Shown in pieces: positions 12,006 to 25,095 of a DNA stretch of 64,000 bases. Source of the DNA: Hydrolagus colliei (taxonomy: Eukaryota); contig CM068771.1 of NCBI GenBank assembly GCA_035084275.1, forward strand, positions 3,906,001-3,970,000. Direction: 5' to 3'. The position numbers were made by a program, and so were the translations under genes. Each line of letters begins with the position of its first letter. Within the stretch, counting starts at the first letter, position 1. The notes beneath the pieces were generated by a model that worked only from the letters and a program-made list of their open reading frames with translations, was not told the DNA's origin and made no database searches.

Positions 12006-12892
12006 TATATGTGTGTCCACTGTCCAGCAATATGCTGAATTCTGCTAGATGGATAAATAGTGGATCGTTTTTCTAGGGATAATAATCTCCTCCTAACAAT
12101 AATAGTAATAATGATTAGTTGCTCAGTCATACCAGAAATTGTTGTTAGTCACAGATGTGTTCTATGGGCTGTCTCGGTTTACAGCCAAAATATAAAACCA
12201 ACTTACTCTTCAGTGGTTCTGTGGATCGAATTCAGCATTTCATAGATGTTATAAGTCAATATAGATTGCAAGGATTATTATTTGGAGCAAAATCTCCTTG
12301 TTGATATTTTCACCTGAACCATGAGTAGGGAGCTAATTAGTTAATCAATTGGTAATTACTTCGGTTTGGAATATCAGCGGGAAGTATATGATAATCTGTT
12401 GTATTATCTGTAGAGAGAGACAATGAGAGAGGGAACTTGCCAGGTTGACCATACGAGATTGCACGAGTTTCTAAACCACACACATACTATTTCCTACACA
12501 TCTGAAATGTGACGGAAATTTCTCACTTTACACAGATGGTCTGTTTATTGAATTCCATAATTTTAATGCAATTTGGCAAGTGTCAATGATTCAGGAATCG
12601 CAAACGTTGTCTTCCATGGTGGTGTAATCGGCCGTCGTATTTTATCCCCACCGGTGGGGAGCAAGAGGTTGACACTGACATCTCTGTCTGCCAAGCGTCT
12701 TACTCAACCATATTCAATTTAGAAACAGGCCCAGTTAGAATGTTTGCCTTTCCAAATTTTGTTGATAAGCCAGTTTACTTGTCTTTCATCAGCAGTGCCT
12801 TAGACTATTGCTGACCGGCCTATCTTTGGCAGCTGTCTAACGCACCAGTAAAACAAGATGGAATTGCTTCCAACAGTTTGAGATGAGAAATC

Positions 12893-13282
12893 CTGCAGCA
12901 CAGTGGTTAGAGCAATAACCTGAAAGTGAGATGCCGTGGTCTCATTACCACGCAGGGCAAATCAGTTGCCTTCATTCCTTACACCAAGCCGAGCAATCAA
13001 TTGGAGCTCATATGCTAATCTATTGGAAACTGTCATTTCCTGGACAACAATCAACCAGAAGCCATTCATTTGGTCACCGAATCCATGACTATTTATTTGT
13101 CTCTCTTTGCGCAATTGAATGCTGCGTTTCACAAAATGTATATTTACTTCACTATACAGCTACGATGACCCGAATGATCTGTTCTGTAATATCGTGTGTA
13201 TTAGCTGTGAACCTGATCAGTTTGAGACATCTGAAGAATGTTGTAAGCAGCAGATCAATTGCCAACATTATTATTATTATAG
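12893..13282 (+). mobile_element. Degenerate SINE copy
   Basis: tcctgcagcacagtggttagagc head, aatccatgactatttatttg body, (ATT)n tail. Confidence 0.7.
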
Positions 13283-13372
13283 TTTGAAGTCAAGTGCGAT
13301 CATGCAAGAACTGGTGCCATTCACATTCCTAGAGGTAGAAAATCTTTGATTGTGTTTGTGACATTTCTACAG

Positions 13373-14277
13373 CATTGGCCGTAACAATTGTGGTCCTGGC
13401 CCAGGGAATGTATGGACTCTCCAAATGTGTCACCCGCTACCTGGTCGCTATGGCTGTTGCTGATCTGCTGGTCATATTAATTGGCGTGATCCTGTGGGCG
13501 ACATTTAAGATCCACCTGCCTCACTTGCCTATGTTCCGGACCCCCGTGTGCCGACTGCACCTTGTTCTGCGCTACTTCGTCATTGATACCTCTGTCTGGC
13601 TGACCATGGCCTTCACCTTCGACCGCTTCATTGCCATCTGCTGCCCAAAGCTCAAACCCAAATACTGCACCGAGAGGACAGCGGGCCTGGTGATCTGGAC
13701 AATCTGTGCATTGTTATGCTTGGAGAACATCCCCATGTATTTTAGATACCAAATGAGGATGATGATCAATGGGCAGCCCTGGTTCTGCACAGTCAAGCCC
13801 AGCTGTTATACTGTCCTTGGCTGGAGGGTCTTTGCCTTTTTGGACTTGATTGTAAACCCACTGCTTCCCTTCATCCTGATTGTCCTCTTCAACATCCTGA
13901 CAATCAGACATGTGCTGGTGGCCAGCAGGGCGCGCCAGCGTCTCATGGGGGCTGCGGAGGGGAGGGACGAGGAGATGGAGAGTCGGCGGAAATCCATTAT
14001 TCTGCTGATTAGCATTTCGGGCAGCTTTGTGCTGCTGTGGCTCACCTTCATGGTCGTCATTATGTGTGCGATGGTGACAGAGGCGCAGCTGACACAGTCT
14101 GACTACAGCAGCCCATTCACCATCGCTGAGCATGTGGGTTACATGCTGCACTACCTCAGCTCCTGCACCAACACCGTCATCTATGGTGTGACCCAGACCC
14201 AATTCAGGCAGCGCCTGAAATCCATCTTCATTTACTCCATCACTCGCTTAATGGGCCACTCACATAACCGTGTTTAG
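13373..14277 (+). CDS. GPCR-2 coding exon 2 (GPR139/GPR142-like); spliced protein 321 aa
   Basis: Acceptor atttctacAG at 13371-13372, phase 1; 61+905=966 nt=322 codons; DRF and SSCTNTVIYG motifs; paralog of 742-1655. Confidence 0.9.
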
Positions 14278-14402
14278 CTTTGCTGCTCTATTTGATCTTC
14301 ACAACATTACAGATACCAACAGTGCTTTACATGTCCTGTTAATTGTTTTAAATAGTAACTTTATGGTTATGTATCATTCAGATTGCTAATTTTTTCGGGG
14401 GA

Positions 14403-14408
14403 AATAAA
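14403..14408 (+). terminator. Candidate polyadenylation signal of GPCR-2
   Basis: AATAAA about 125 bp after the stop codon. Confidence 0.4.
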
Positions 14409-14526
14409 GGACTGGAACACATTGAGGTGTTCTATACCCAACAAATATGTGTTTGCATGTTTTCCATTAGCTATAAATTTGTCTATGTATTAAAATGCAC
14501 CTTCATTAAATCCAAATACAGTCAAC

Positions 14527-14527
<1 letters not shown>

Positions 14528-14574
<47 letters not shown>

Positions 14575-14762
14575 CAGAAACACAAACATGCAATCAAGCA
14601 GACACAAACATGCACACACACAGTCAAATAGACACAAACACGCACACACAGATACACTCAAACTGAGTCATACATACACAGTCAGAGACCGACACACACA
14701 ATCAGTCAAATTGACACACATACACACAAAGTCAAATAGACGCAAACACACACACAGTCACT
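14528..14762. repeat. (CA)n microsatellite and CA-rich tract
   Basis: Directly visible. Confidence 0.95.
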
Positions 14763-17474
14763 GCCATGTTTCACCTACAAATGTAAAGTAAATTCACTTT
14801 ACAGTGTATTCTGTGAAGCGCTTTCAGATGTCACTAAGATGTGAAAAGGGCTATATCAATAAAAGGATTATTACTGTTATTATTATTACTATCCTCTGTA
14901 TAATGTGAAGTCAATGGAGGCAGGTGTGTGTGGAGGTGATAGGCTCGTGGTGTTTGGTGCTGTAGAAGACAAACTGCACAACTCTGGATTATCTGCATCC
15001 AATAGAGGGAGGAGTTGGGGAGTTCAACAAGTTTGTGTGATCAAGTGCAGATGTAATCAATGTGTGTCTGATAATCCTGGCAACCTGCAGTGACAGTGGC
15101 AAATCCAAGCAATGATGCACAGGTGAGGAAAGATGCAGTTGATCAGGGTATCGATATGTGTTATGAAGGATAGTTGAGGGGTGAACAGGATGCTGAGTTG
15201 CCGGATTGGTTCAGTGAGTGCGTCCACGTGTAGCTGGGATATAGAGTTTGGAGTAATTGTCTGGGACATATAGATACTGATGGGAGTCAAGCTTGAGGAC
15301 CTCACTGAAGTTGACATTTAACTGCAGAATGTTGGTTCTCACCATCAAGGAAATCATCAACACATCACCCTCACGAAAAACTGTGTCACCCCAGGCAATA
15401 CTGTCCCCCTGATCGAGGCCGAAACTCATGCCTACACTTTCATCACAGATTGTGGCCTAATCACCAACATACACTTGTGGCTCTCATCTTCAGTTTTCCC
15501 CTCGGCGTTTCCCCTTACTCCTCCAGAACCTTTCCCTCTTTTGAGGACATAACTCTCTTCCACCCAACCTGTCTATCCCACAAATCATCCTGTCTCCAAC
15601 ACCATCAACCACTGCTTAACCAGTGGCACTTTTCCTGGCTCTCTAAAAATTGTTTTCATCATGCTAATCCTGAACAAATGTTCCTGTGGTTGGTTTGGTC
15701 AACCATTAGATTTATTTTATGTTTGTGAAGTAGATCAGTATATTTAATCAGTAGTATAACATTAGAGATTTAGGTCTCAAACTGAGAAGCTTGCAGAATA
15801 GCAACAATCAGTCTTGTCTGTAAAACAGAACTGAATGGAGCCAGGTTGGCACCAATTGTAGTAGATATGATAAGTTTTGAAGGATGGAGAACAGAAAATA
15901 TGTTCAGTTAGACATCAGTGTAGCTAATTGTTCTCTTCTCAATTCATGGGGTAAGCAACGAGGCAGACAAAACAGGTCTGGGTAGATGGGAAAGTGTTCT
16001 GTTTAACGGGCAATGAAGGGTCAGTTACAGAAGCAAGCGGCTGGTTTTACACTCAGTGAATATCCTAAAGAGACCACGAGAGGGGTGCTTTTGAATTTTA
16101 CAGCTCGTGCGGTAGACAGGGTTGTTAGCTATGACTGTAAGGGTTCAATGGTAAGCAGTGCTAGGTTTTCTATAATAAGTAGGTAACTGTTTGTTTTGTA
16201 ATTAATGAAATGAACTTGCAACGTATTGGATTATCTGGTTATTTGATTCGAATCTTGAGAATTGGAAATCCCAACACCTCAACATATCCCAGTCATCAAA
16301 CTCCCATTTCTCTCCAAGGTAGTGGAATGAGTTGCTGTGTCGCAGCTTGGTACTTTTATTTCTTGCCATTCCCTCTTTGAACCTCTTCAATCTGGCTTCC
16401 GTGCTGCCCACAGCATGGAGACAGCCCTCATCAAAGTCTCTAATGACATTCTAAACATCTGCATTAAGGGCACTCTATACTTCATTGTCCTGCTTGACCT
16501 CTCCGCCGCCTTCAACATTGTCCATCCTCCCACACCACCTCAGCTCCCAGTTCAATCTTCAATGACATTCCCTTCCTCGTACGACAATTCCTTGTACGAC
16601 AACGATTGAATTGGCTGCATGCGTGACGGAAGCCAAATCAATGACTACTTTAATGAAGAAGTAGATCATTATTTGGCGATGACTTTTTTGCAGGTTTATC
16701 AACATTTTTAAATCCCAACATTATTTAACTGTGTGAGAATCGAACCAAGATACTCTCGACTGTGAGGCGAGTGTGATAACCAATAGGATAATTGTTATGC
16801 CATTAGCACTTTCACACCATCACAGAGCCCATGAACTGAGCCTATTTCCTGCTCAGTGTCAATTGGCTGATCATTTGGGACAGTGTTTCTGATGATGATC
16901 AGAAAGTTTGCCTGTGATTTGGAACTCTATCGTTCATTCCCAATTCTCATCTTTAAGATCCTCCTTTCCCTATCCAGAGCTCGTAGTCTCCATCTTCATT
17001 TTCCAGCTCCCTTTCTAATGACACAGAAACTATAAGATTGAATTGCGTGTTAGTAACTACAGGGAGCTATACTGTCACAAGAATGGCATCACAGTGACCA
17101 TCAATCTGTCCTATTGCTTTTTACCAACCGGTTCTTGGGTTAGACCCTAGTTCCTGGTAAGTGGCAGCTACACAGAACAGAAACTGCCAGTTTCCTCATT
17201 AACTGTGAACAATTCGTCCCCTCTTGCGACAAGAGGAAGCCTGTTCAGCCAGTTTGTTAGTTTGTGGCCTATATTTGTTTTTTAAATCACATTTCCTCAC
17301 TTTTCCCCATTACTCTACATGTAACATCTTAACTTTGGAGGTGAGCAGTGAGGCTGTGGTCATACAAAGTCCGGTTGGAGCAGCAGTCAGACACTCATTA
17401 ACTTTCTGCGTGTGTTATCCAGAACAATACTATAATGATCGGAATTTCGCTCTATTGGTCTGTCTCTTTGTAAC

Positions 17475-18010
17475 GTAGTGCTGCCAGCAGAGGGATGGAT
17501 ACACAACTGATTGCTATTGCTGATTACAATAATTATGATAATGTGTATACAGATTACTAATATTATTATTGACTGTGCTTGACCTCTCCTTACCAGAGTT
17601 TCACTGATATACACACAGTAACACACATACATAATGACTCCCACCATAGAGGAATCTCAAGCAGAATCTTGTTTGCTACTATATAACCTGGATCCTATCC
17701 TAGACAGTGTATATTACTCCAACCAACTGCACAGAGGTCAGGTGTAGTTTCAGAATAATGTCTGGGTAGCTGGGAGGGAATGGAGTCCAGAAACTTTGTT
17801 CCTCTGGTTATTGCTACTGTTCATAACAAAAACGCATTTACTGAAGAATAGTGTGACATCACTTACCCTCGTTATTTGTTCAGATGACTTGTTCATTGTT
17901 CAATCACTGTCCCAGAGGACCTGACTCTCAAGGATAAATGTGGGGAAGCTCTGAAGGGTTGGGAGGATGTTCTCATTCTTCAGCAGCAGAACTGTGTCAG
18001 CAGACGCCAG
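17475..18010 (+). pseudogene. Orphan paralog of the GPCR-2 promoter and 5-prime UTR, no coding exon
   Basis: Colinear with about 6600-7135 (ttacaataattatgataatgt..., gttcaatcact.tcccag..gacctgactc..., ggggaagctctgaagggttgggagga, cagcagcagaac.gtgtcagcaga.gccag); similarity stops just before the ATG position. Confidence 0.8.
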
Positions 18011-19175
18011 AGGGGAAACACCATTTCCCCTCTGCCGTACTTCCCCTCCCCACTTCCCCTCCCTCCTCACTCCCCACATCCATCTCTCCCACACACCCTC
18101 ATATCCTATCCTCACCGATCTCTCTCCCCTCCAGCAAACACATCCTTGTGCATCCAAACACTGCTCTACAGAATGTCCGTTCCTTTTCCAACAAAACCCT
18201 CACTATCTATGACCTCATCCCATTGATATTCTTGGGTTTACAGAAACCTGGCTCTGCCCCAATGACCCCGTGCCGCTAATCGAGGCCTCCACCCCAGGCT
18301 ACACCTTCCACCACACCCTATGTCCGAACCAACGTGGCAGCGGGGTGGCCATCATCTCAAATGCCTCCCTTGGTCTCTCCCCCTACTCCTCTGGCTGTTT
18401 CCCCTCCTTCGAGCACCTCACGCTCCACCATCCTTACCTATCCTGAAAAGTGCTTCTACTCTATCGTCCTCCTAAACCCCCTGGCTCTTTCAACTCCGAA
18501 ATCTCCACTCTCCTCTCCTCCCTGTCCCTCATCTCTGAACGCCTGCTCATCATGGGTGACTTCAACCTCCACCTGTCCTTCCTCCCTACATCCGGTCCCT
18601 CACCAGCACTGCCTTCTATCACCTCTGACAGATCGCCCGTCTCCGGCAATACCTCACCTTAAAAGCCGCCGAAACCCTGGTCCTTGCCTTTGTCACCTCT
18701 CTGCTGGACTACTGAAAACGCCCTCCTCTCCGGTCTCCCCTCCACCACAATCCACAAAATCCAGCTAATTCAAAACTCTGCCGCCCGCATACTCACCCGC
18801 TCTAAGCTTCGCTCCCCCATTACCCCAGCCCTTGCCAGACTTCTCTGGGACTCCTGTCCCAGGGAGAATAGACTTCAAGATCCTCACCCTTGTTTTCAAA
18901 TCTCTCCACTCCTCTGCACCCACCTATCTCTCTGATCTCCTCTCCCCACAACCCAGCACCCGCTGCCTTCAATCCTCTGGGTCTGGCCTCCTCCATGTCC
19001 CCCTGAATCCTCCGCTCCACCCTCGGCAGCCGTGCCTTTAGCCACTATGCCCTGAGGCTCTGGAACTCCCTTCCTCACTACCTTCACCTCGCCCCCTCTC
19101 TTCTCAGCTTCAGGTCCCAGCTGAAGACATTTCTCTTCGACCGCGCCTTTGTTCACCTTTCTACCCCTGTCCCTG
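18011..19175 (+). mobile_element. Internally deleted L2 (endonuclease region joined to the RT 3-prime end)
   Basis: LYRPPKP...LLIMGDFNLH runs directly into LSFLP at about 18575, followed by the L2 3-prime region. Confidence 0.8.
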
Positions 19176-19536
19176 GCACTAAAAATGAACACTAATTTTT
19201 CCAAGACGTGAATTCATCCAACTTCAACATATCAGAGTCACTATTCAGGCACCAATTTATAAAATTGGAGGGTCGGCGTAGGGGGAAGAGGAAGGAGAGT
19301 GGGAGAAGGGGAAGAGTTAGTGGGGCAGTCAAATGCTCGATTGAAGAGGAAGGTCTTGAGACTGGCCTTGAAGGAGGAAAGGGACGAAGCAAGGGAGTTC
19401 CACAGTGTGGGAGCAGAGAGGCTGAAAGTACAAATTGTAGAAAATCCTTAAATTCTCTCTTAATTGTGAAGCCTTAAATAGCCACAGAATAGTTTGAAAG
19501 TACAGAAACATTCAAAATGAAATTGATGACAGGAAT

Positions 19537-20087
19537 TTATCTTTGCAATTGATCCATAAAGAGACAGAGAGTCAATGGTTCAGAGTTTTTTCCATCCAGA
19601 TTAAACCAGGGGCTGAAGAAAGGATAAAGTTTCTCAGTGAACGTTTGGGTGAAAGTGTGGAGATGAGACATGTTATCAGCGTTGTAAAATGACACCTGTC
19701 CCCCCTCATAGTCCAGGTAAACTCCAACCTTCCTGACTTTCACTTTTAGAGGGAGACGGGTCCAAGGTGAGGTACCAGCCCAGTATTCATTTCCATTTCT
19801 CAATATTGCAGTCCAGTATCCAGTCTCTGGCGTGGCTGTGATGTCTCCTTTCCTGTTGACAGACTCTCTGGCCACTCCAACATTCCATGCTGTCTTGTTC
19901 CCCACCTGCACCTCCCAGTAATGTCTCCCTGATGTGAAGCCCTTGGATCCCAGGATACAGACCCAGCGATCAAATCGCTTTGGGGTGTCAGGGAGCAGCT
20001 GCATTTGGCCTCCAAGTCTCACACTGGTCTGATCCTCAGATAAAATGAGATTAGGATGGGCTGAGTCAGGATCCAGAGTAACTTGAA
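19537..20087 (-). CDS. BTN-A last exon: intact B30.2 (PRY-SPRY) domain
   Basis: Acceptor ttttcctaaAG, phase 1; [45 protein letters not shown]. Confidence 0.9.
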
Positions 20088-20499
20088 CTTTAGGAAAATA
20101 GAAAACATTAATGGAGCTTACATAAAAAATTACATTAAAAATTGACATTTAGAATTGACATCAATAATCGTAAGTTCAGTGAAAAGTTTTAGAGCAGAAC
20201 AAATTTAAAATATATTTTCTCCAGGCCCCTCCCTTACTCTAATACAGAATTCCCAAAGTTCAAGTAAAATGAAACTTGCATAAACAATACCCTTCTCTTC
20301 CCTAAGATTTTTGGTAACAATCCTAAAACTGTGGCTGATTCTCCAACTAAAGGAATAGTTTTCCCACTATCAACCCCATTATGTCCCTTTTCAATTATCA
20401 GTCCTCTGCTCCAGTAGAAAAAAAATGGAATTTGGCCATCTCTTCACCACAGTGACTAGTCATTGTGTATAGAGAATCCTCCCACTTAGCTCCTGTTAA

Positions 20500-20835
20500 T
20501 CCTGCCAGCCAAAGCCCTAATGGACACAGTGGTCCAGCTGGAAAAGCAGTGGGAAAGCTTGCCAGACACTGGCATCAATGGCAAGCTATGTAGTTTTAGT
20601 TGGTTAGACTCCAGCAATTACCTCAACACACACTTGCCTAATACTTTCGGAATTAAGTAAGAGAGATGCCTTCCTCCAGGGAGAGGTCATCTAATTTTTT
20701 GGCATTCCATATTTGCAAATATTTCTAGGATTTCCATGTGTAGGTGGGATACAGGGAATTCTCAGTTTAATTTGGAGACTCCTAAGCACAGTGATGGGTT
20801 TCCACATGTGTCAGACACCCAGCTGACCAAAAAAA
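20500..20835 (+). repeat. Unclassified interspersed repeat (other copies at 22195-22300 + and 41965-42345 -)
   Basis: Shared aaagccctaatg...aagcttgccag...caatggcaagctat and tgtgtcagac.cccagctgac segments. Confidence 0.65.
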
Positions 20836-21029
20836 ATCCTTATTTAAAAGAGAGCATTCTAATGCTCTTCTCATTGAATTGATAAATACCACAAATTATT
20901 TTTGAGATGAACAGATTATTTGGAGAAAGAATAGAAGCTGAATTTGTATTTGCGGAATGGTGACTCTGAAATTCGGGACACATTTACAGCTGAGTGAAAC
21001 TGGTGGAAATGGGTGATGTTTGGTGTAAA

Positions 21030-21450
21030 GTGTGTGTGTCAAATCCTTACTTTCAAGGCCATTCACGGCCTTGCCACCGACTATCTCTCCAACCTGCTGT
21101 CTACCTATCAGCCTGCCCATCCCCTCCATTAAGCGGGCTCTGGCTTGCTGCACACCCCCTGCCCAAACCGCCCTACCATTGGTGGGCAGCCTCTCTGCAC
21201 CACATTCTGGAGCTCCATCCCGCAATCCCTTCACTTCACTTCCTCCCTTCCCTTCTTTAAGGCTGGTCTCAAGAATTTCCTCTTCAACAGTGCCTTTTGC
21301 TCCCCACCTAACTCTCCTCCTTTTCCTACTCTCCTGCCCCCTGCCCCGACACAACACATCGCCCCCTCCTCAGGTCCCGACCTAGCTGCCCAGCACCTCG
21401 GGCGTCCTCCCAACATGAAAGGCACTCTATAATTGTAATTTTTGTTGTTC
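21030..21450 (+). mobile_element. L2 3-prime fragment
   Basis: ttcaaggccattcacggccttgcc...atgaaaggcactctataattgtaattttgttgtt. Confidence 0.8.
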
Positions 21451-22623
21451 AATCATCCATGAGTATTGGAGATTTGAGCTGTTTGTGTCTGAAGTCGGTA
21501 CAGCAACCCCTCAGTGGATTAAACTAACACCTCCCCAGGTACATACCAGACAGGCACCTTCTGCCTCATGTTATCTGAGCTGTCATCGACAGCTGTTTAC
21601 ACATTCATGATTGTTACAGAATGTTGCAGTGATAAATTGCTTGGTTCATGTTAATTACAGACACTGAAGGTGACACGGGAGGTGCAGTTTTATCCAATGG
21701 ACACAACTGTCCATTGGAGTGAAAGGGAGAGGAAGATCAGGTTCGAATTTAGTAGATGGAAATCTGCTGGTGATCAGTTAGTCACAAACTAACACACAAG
21801 CATTTTTCTCCAAAGGGAAGAGTGCTGGTCAGGAAAGAAAGTCATCTTGCCAGCATCTTGGGACATCCTCCTGACATCAAAGGCGCTATACAAGTGTAAT
21901 TTTGATGTTGTTGTTGTGTTTGGTGACAGATTAAAGACGATAGTGTTTCTGCTCAAATGTCTACAAAATATGTCCAGTAAATGCTCAGGTGCTGATGTGG
22001 GGAACTGAGAGGTAAGAAAGACGAGGTTGCTTTTATTCTCATCAGAAGTTTTACCAAAAGAAAACATTATTCTCCAAATCTGACCTTGCTTATCTGGTGG
22101 GTGGGGGCGCTCGTGGTGGGGGTGGGGGCAGCGCAGGGCGACTCAGATCAGTCACTAGGTACAGGGAATGATCCCTCTCAGCTCCATAAACCACACAGCC
22201 AAAGCCCTAATGAATGGGGTGGTCCTAGTTGGACAAGTAGCTGAAAAGCTTGCCAGTCAGTGCCCTCAATGGCAAACTGTGTAATTAAGCTGGTCAGTGA
22301 AGTGAGTGGGAAAAAACGAGTGAGAGCACGCACGGTGTATAATAATAATAATCCTTGCATTTGATATAGCGCTTTTCACATGTTATCGACGTCTCAAAGT
22401 GCTTCACAGAATATCCTGTAGTTAATTGACGGGCGAAACACAGCAGCCAATTGCGCACAGCAGCATCCCCACAAACAGTTGTGGATTGAAATGACCAATT
22501 TATCATCATTTCTTCTGAGGGATTATTATTAGGCTTGTGGAACATATGTATGTATGAACATAGACTTGCTGAACTGAATGATCTGTGTCTGTGCCTCTCA
22601 TTTTATATAATTATGTAACTTAC

Positions 22624-22650
22624 CTGCACAACGGGACAGCCGTTTCATCT
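22624..22650 (-). CDS. BTN-A 27-nt cytoplasmic linker exon (E-MKRLSRCA)
   Basis: tttttctgtttttcAG|agatgaaacggctgtcccgttgtgcag|GTaagt; phase 1-1; paralogous to 40892-40918. Confidence 0.75.
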
Positions 22651-23269
22651 CTGAAAAACAGAAAAAGGGAAAAAGGTCTTTAACAACTATCGGGCTGACT
22701 GTGAATATTTAATCATTCAGCAATGTCGACCTGACTCCAGAGTCATAACGCAGTGGGTTCAAGCTCCAAGTTCACCTACAAACAGTTATTCCAACTCACA
22801 ATGTAGTCTGTGAATCACTTTGATACATCCTCCTGAAATGAAAGTTCATATTCAAGCGCGAGTTCACTTTCACATTCACGCGCTCTGAGACGCTGTCTGG
22901 CGTGGAGGGCGCTATATCAATCAAACTTGTTGAGTTGTACCAAATGTAATCATTTTTGATGTTACTAGTAACTAATGCCACCAGGATAATTGGTTAATCA
23001 CACTAACAACCCAAGGAGAGCATTCAAAGGCTAGTGAATTGATCCTGTAAACTGCCACAAAATAATCACACATGGAATACAACCCTGTCAGGTGGAATAA
23101 TATAATAATCCTTGCATTTGATAAAATATATATTTATACATATATGCAGAGCTGTCAACCAGTATGTTTTTGCTGTATTTAGTAAGATAAATTGCAGTAA
23201 ATACGGCAGTCCGGTTTTTCTTGTTAAAGTACGTTTTTTGGAAAATCCGAATTTTGGAAATTCCATGCT

Positions 23270-23520
23270 CTGCCTGTCTGTCTCTCCTTCTCAGTCTCCC
23301 TCTGTGTGTATTTCTCTCTCTCTGTGTGTGTCTCTGTCTCTCTCTCTCTTTCCGTGTCTCTTTCCCTCTCTCTGTCTGTCTGGGTCACGGGCTCTCTCTT
23401 TCTTTCTCTCTGTATCTCTCTCTTTCTGTGTGTCTCTCTCTCTCTGTTTGAGTGTCTGCCTGTGACAATCTCACTCACAGTCTCTCTGTCTGTCTCTGTC
23501 TTAGTCTCTCTCTCCCTGCC
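23270..23520. repeat. CT/GT-rich simple repeat
   Basis: Directly visible; explains the overlapping spurious ORFs. Confidence 0.9.
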
Positions 23521-23823
23521 TTCAATAGCAGTGCTACCTGCCTTCTGCCATCGCTGATACACTGTAAATGTTAGCGCTGGGCACCAGGCTGGGCGTAAGG
23601 CATCACTGGGAATGATTGTTTTCATATATGGAAACACAGTAGGGACCTCCCTCGTAACGCAATTTTTGCTTAGCAAGGGGTTTTGAAGTCCCATTTTACT
23701 TGGCATCTTTTCTCGCTGTAATTTTTTCGTTAAGTACCGGTAGCTTCTGGGGAAAATACTTTTTTTTACTACAAAATACTGTTTTTAGCTTTTAGGAGTA
23801 CTGAGGTTGTCAGCTATGTATAT

Positions 23824-25095
23824 GGGCGATTCCACGTAATTGGGTACATTGAGCAAGTCAAAATCTGCATGCCATTTTCTGAGAAAGGGTGGATTATTTC
23901 TTTTTCAAAGCATGAAAATCATAGATAACATACTCTCAACAGATAGAAAAGATAATTTTGCCTTAAAATGATCTTTATTTTTAAAATGACAATAAATTAA
24001 AAATCATGTGGTCACAGATTTAAAATAGTTTCAAGGCGCAGTAGAGGGGAGCTGAGGAGAAATTTTTTCACTCAGCGAGTTGTTCGAATCTGGAATGCAT
24101 TGCCTGAAAAGGTGGTGGAGGCTGATTCGATAACAACTTTTAAAAGGGAATTAGATCTTTATTTAGGAAGAACGGGTCTATTAGGCTATGGGGAGCGGGC
24201 AGGGCAATGGGATTGAATCGCTCTTTTCAAAGAGCCGGCACAGACTAGATGGGCCGAATGGCCTCCTTTTGTGCCGTAAAATTCTATGATTCTATGATTC
24301 TATGTCCAGAGACATCTAAAACATGACACTGCAAACAAGGATGCTTTTGAAACCAATTTCAGATCATATTTTTAACTCACTATCATTAAATATAACTATA
24401 TCCGTAAATCACTTGTTAAGACAGAAAGCTGATAAGTTTTTGCGTCATTCAAGAACTTGATTATATTGGTTTTTTCCTGTTAAAAAAATGCTACACATAA
24501 CCCTGTCTGTCCGAAAAATTACGACTGTTACAGACGAGATTCCAGGGTAACTTTTTTTAAAAAATTCTATTTTGCTCTCAATTAATAATGTAATGAAATA
24601 ACTACCTCGTGGTTAGATTAATTTTGTTAAGCTTTTGCTAAGCTTACCTCTCCGGCATTTTGAAAATTCACACGTGACATTCTGTCCTCTAATTCTATGT
24701 TCGTCAGGTGAGTGAGTTACCTATCTGTCCGCGGAGTTACGCACGTTGCCATTGCAAGACCTATTCAGTTAAATTGTGATTACATTGGACAGAAGATTTG
24801 TTTCCTGCAGCTGGATTATCAAATAAGGTACGTTTTTATATTATTTCTACTGATTTTGATTGAGATTTTTTGAACGACTGCAGGGGTATTTCTAGGGATC
24901 TCCACGGGGACAAACACTCGGTAGATTATGACTAATCCGCTGCTTTGCAGCGTTACAATGCATGGGGTGTGAGCATTTTGAAGTGTAAAAATAATTCTGT
25001 TAAAAAAGTTGTCTATTTCTTACAAGATACATACAGTATGGTCTCTAGGGAACTTATGTAGAAAAAATGAGTACCTCATTACCGTGGAATCGCCC
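23824..25095. mobile_element. Non-autonomous TIR DNA transposon with ATAT TSD (Sola2-like termini; ISL2EU if the TSD is read as AT)
   Basis: Left GGGCGATTCCACGTAATTGGGTAC; right end reverse complement GGGCGATTCCACGGTAATGAGGTAC; ATAT at 23820-23823 and 25096-25099. Confidence 0.8.
24008..24304 (+). mobile_element. Young CR1 3-prime fragment inserted in the TIR element
   Basis: Reverse complement of 8649-8945 with one mismatch found by eye; (ATTCTATG)x3 tail. Confidence 0.95.

Noticed and set aside
16570-16640. tcgtacgacaa doublet resembling a Harbinger or Helitron end
   Set aside because: No partner TIR, TSD or second copy visible in the window, so no call can be supported
23112-23706. ORFs across the CT-rich tract
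   Set aside because: Simple-repeat translation (SLSLSV, RERERE)
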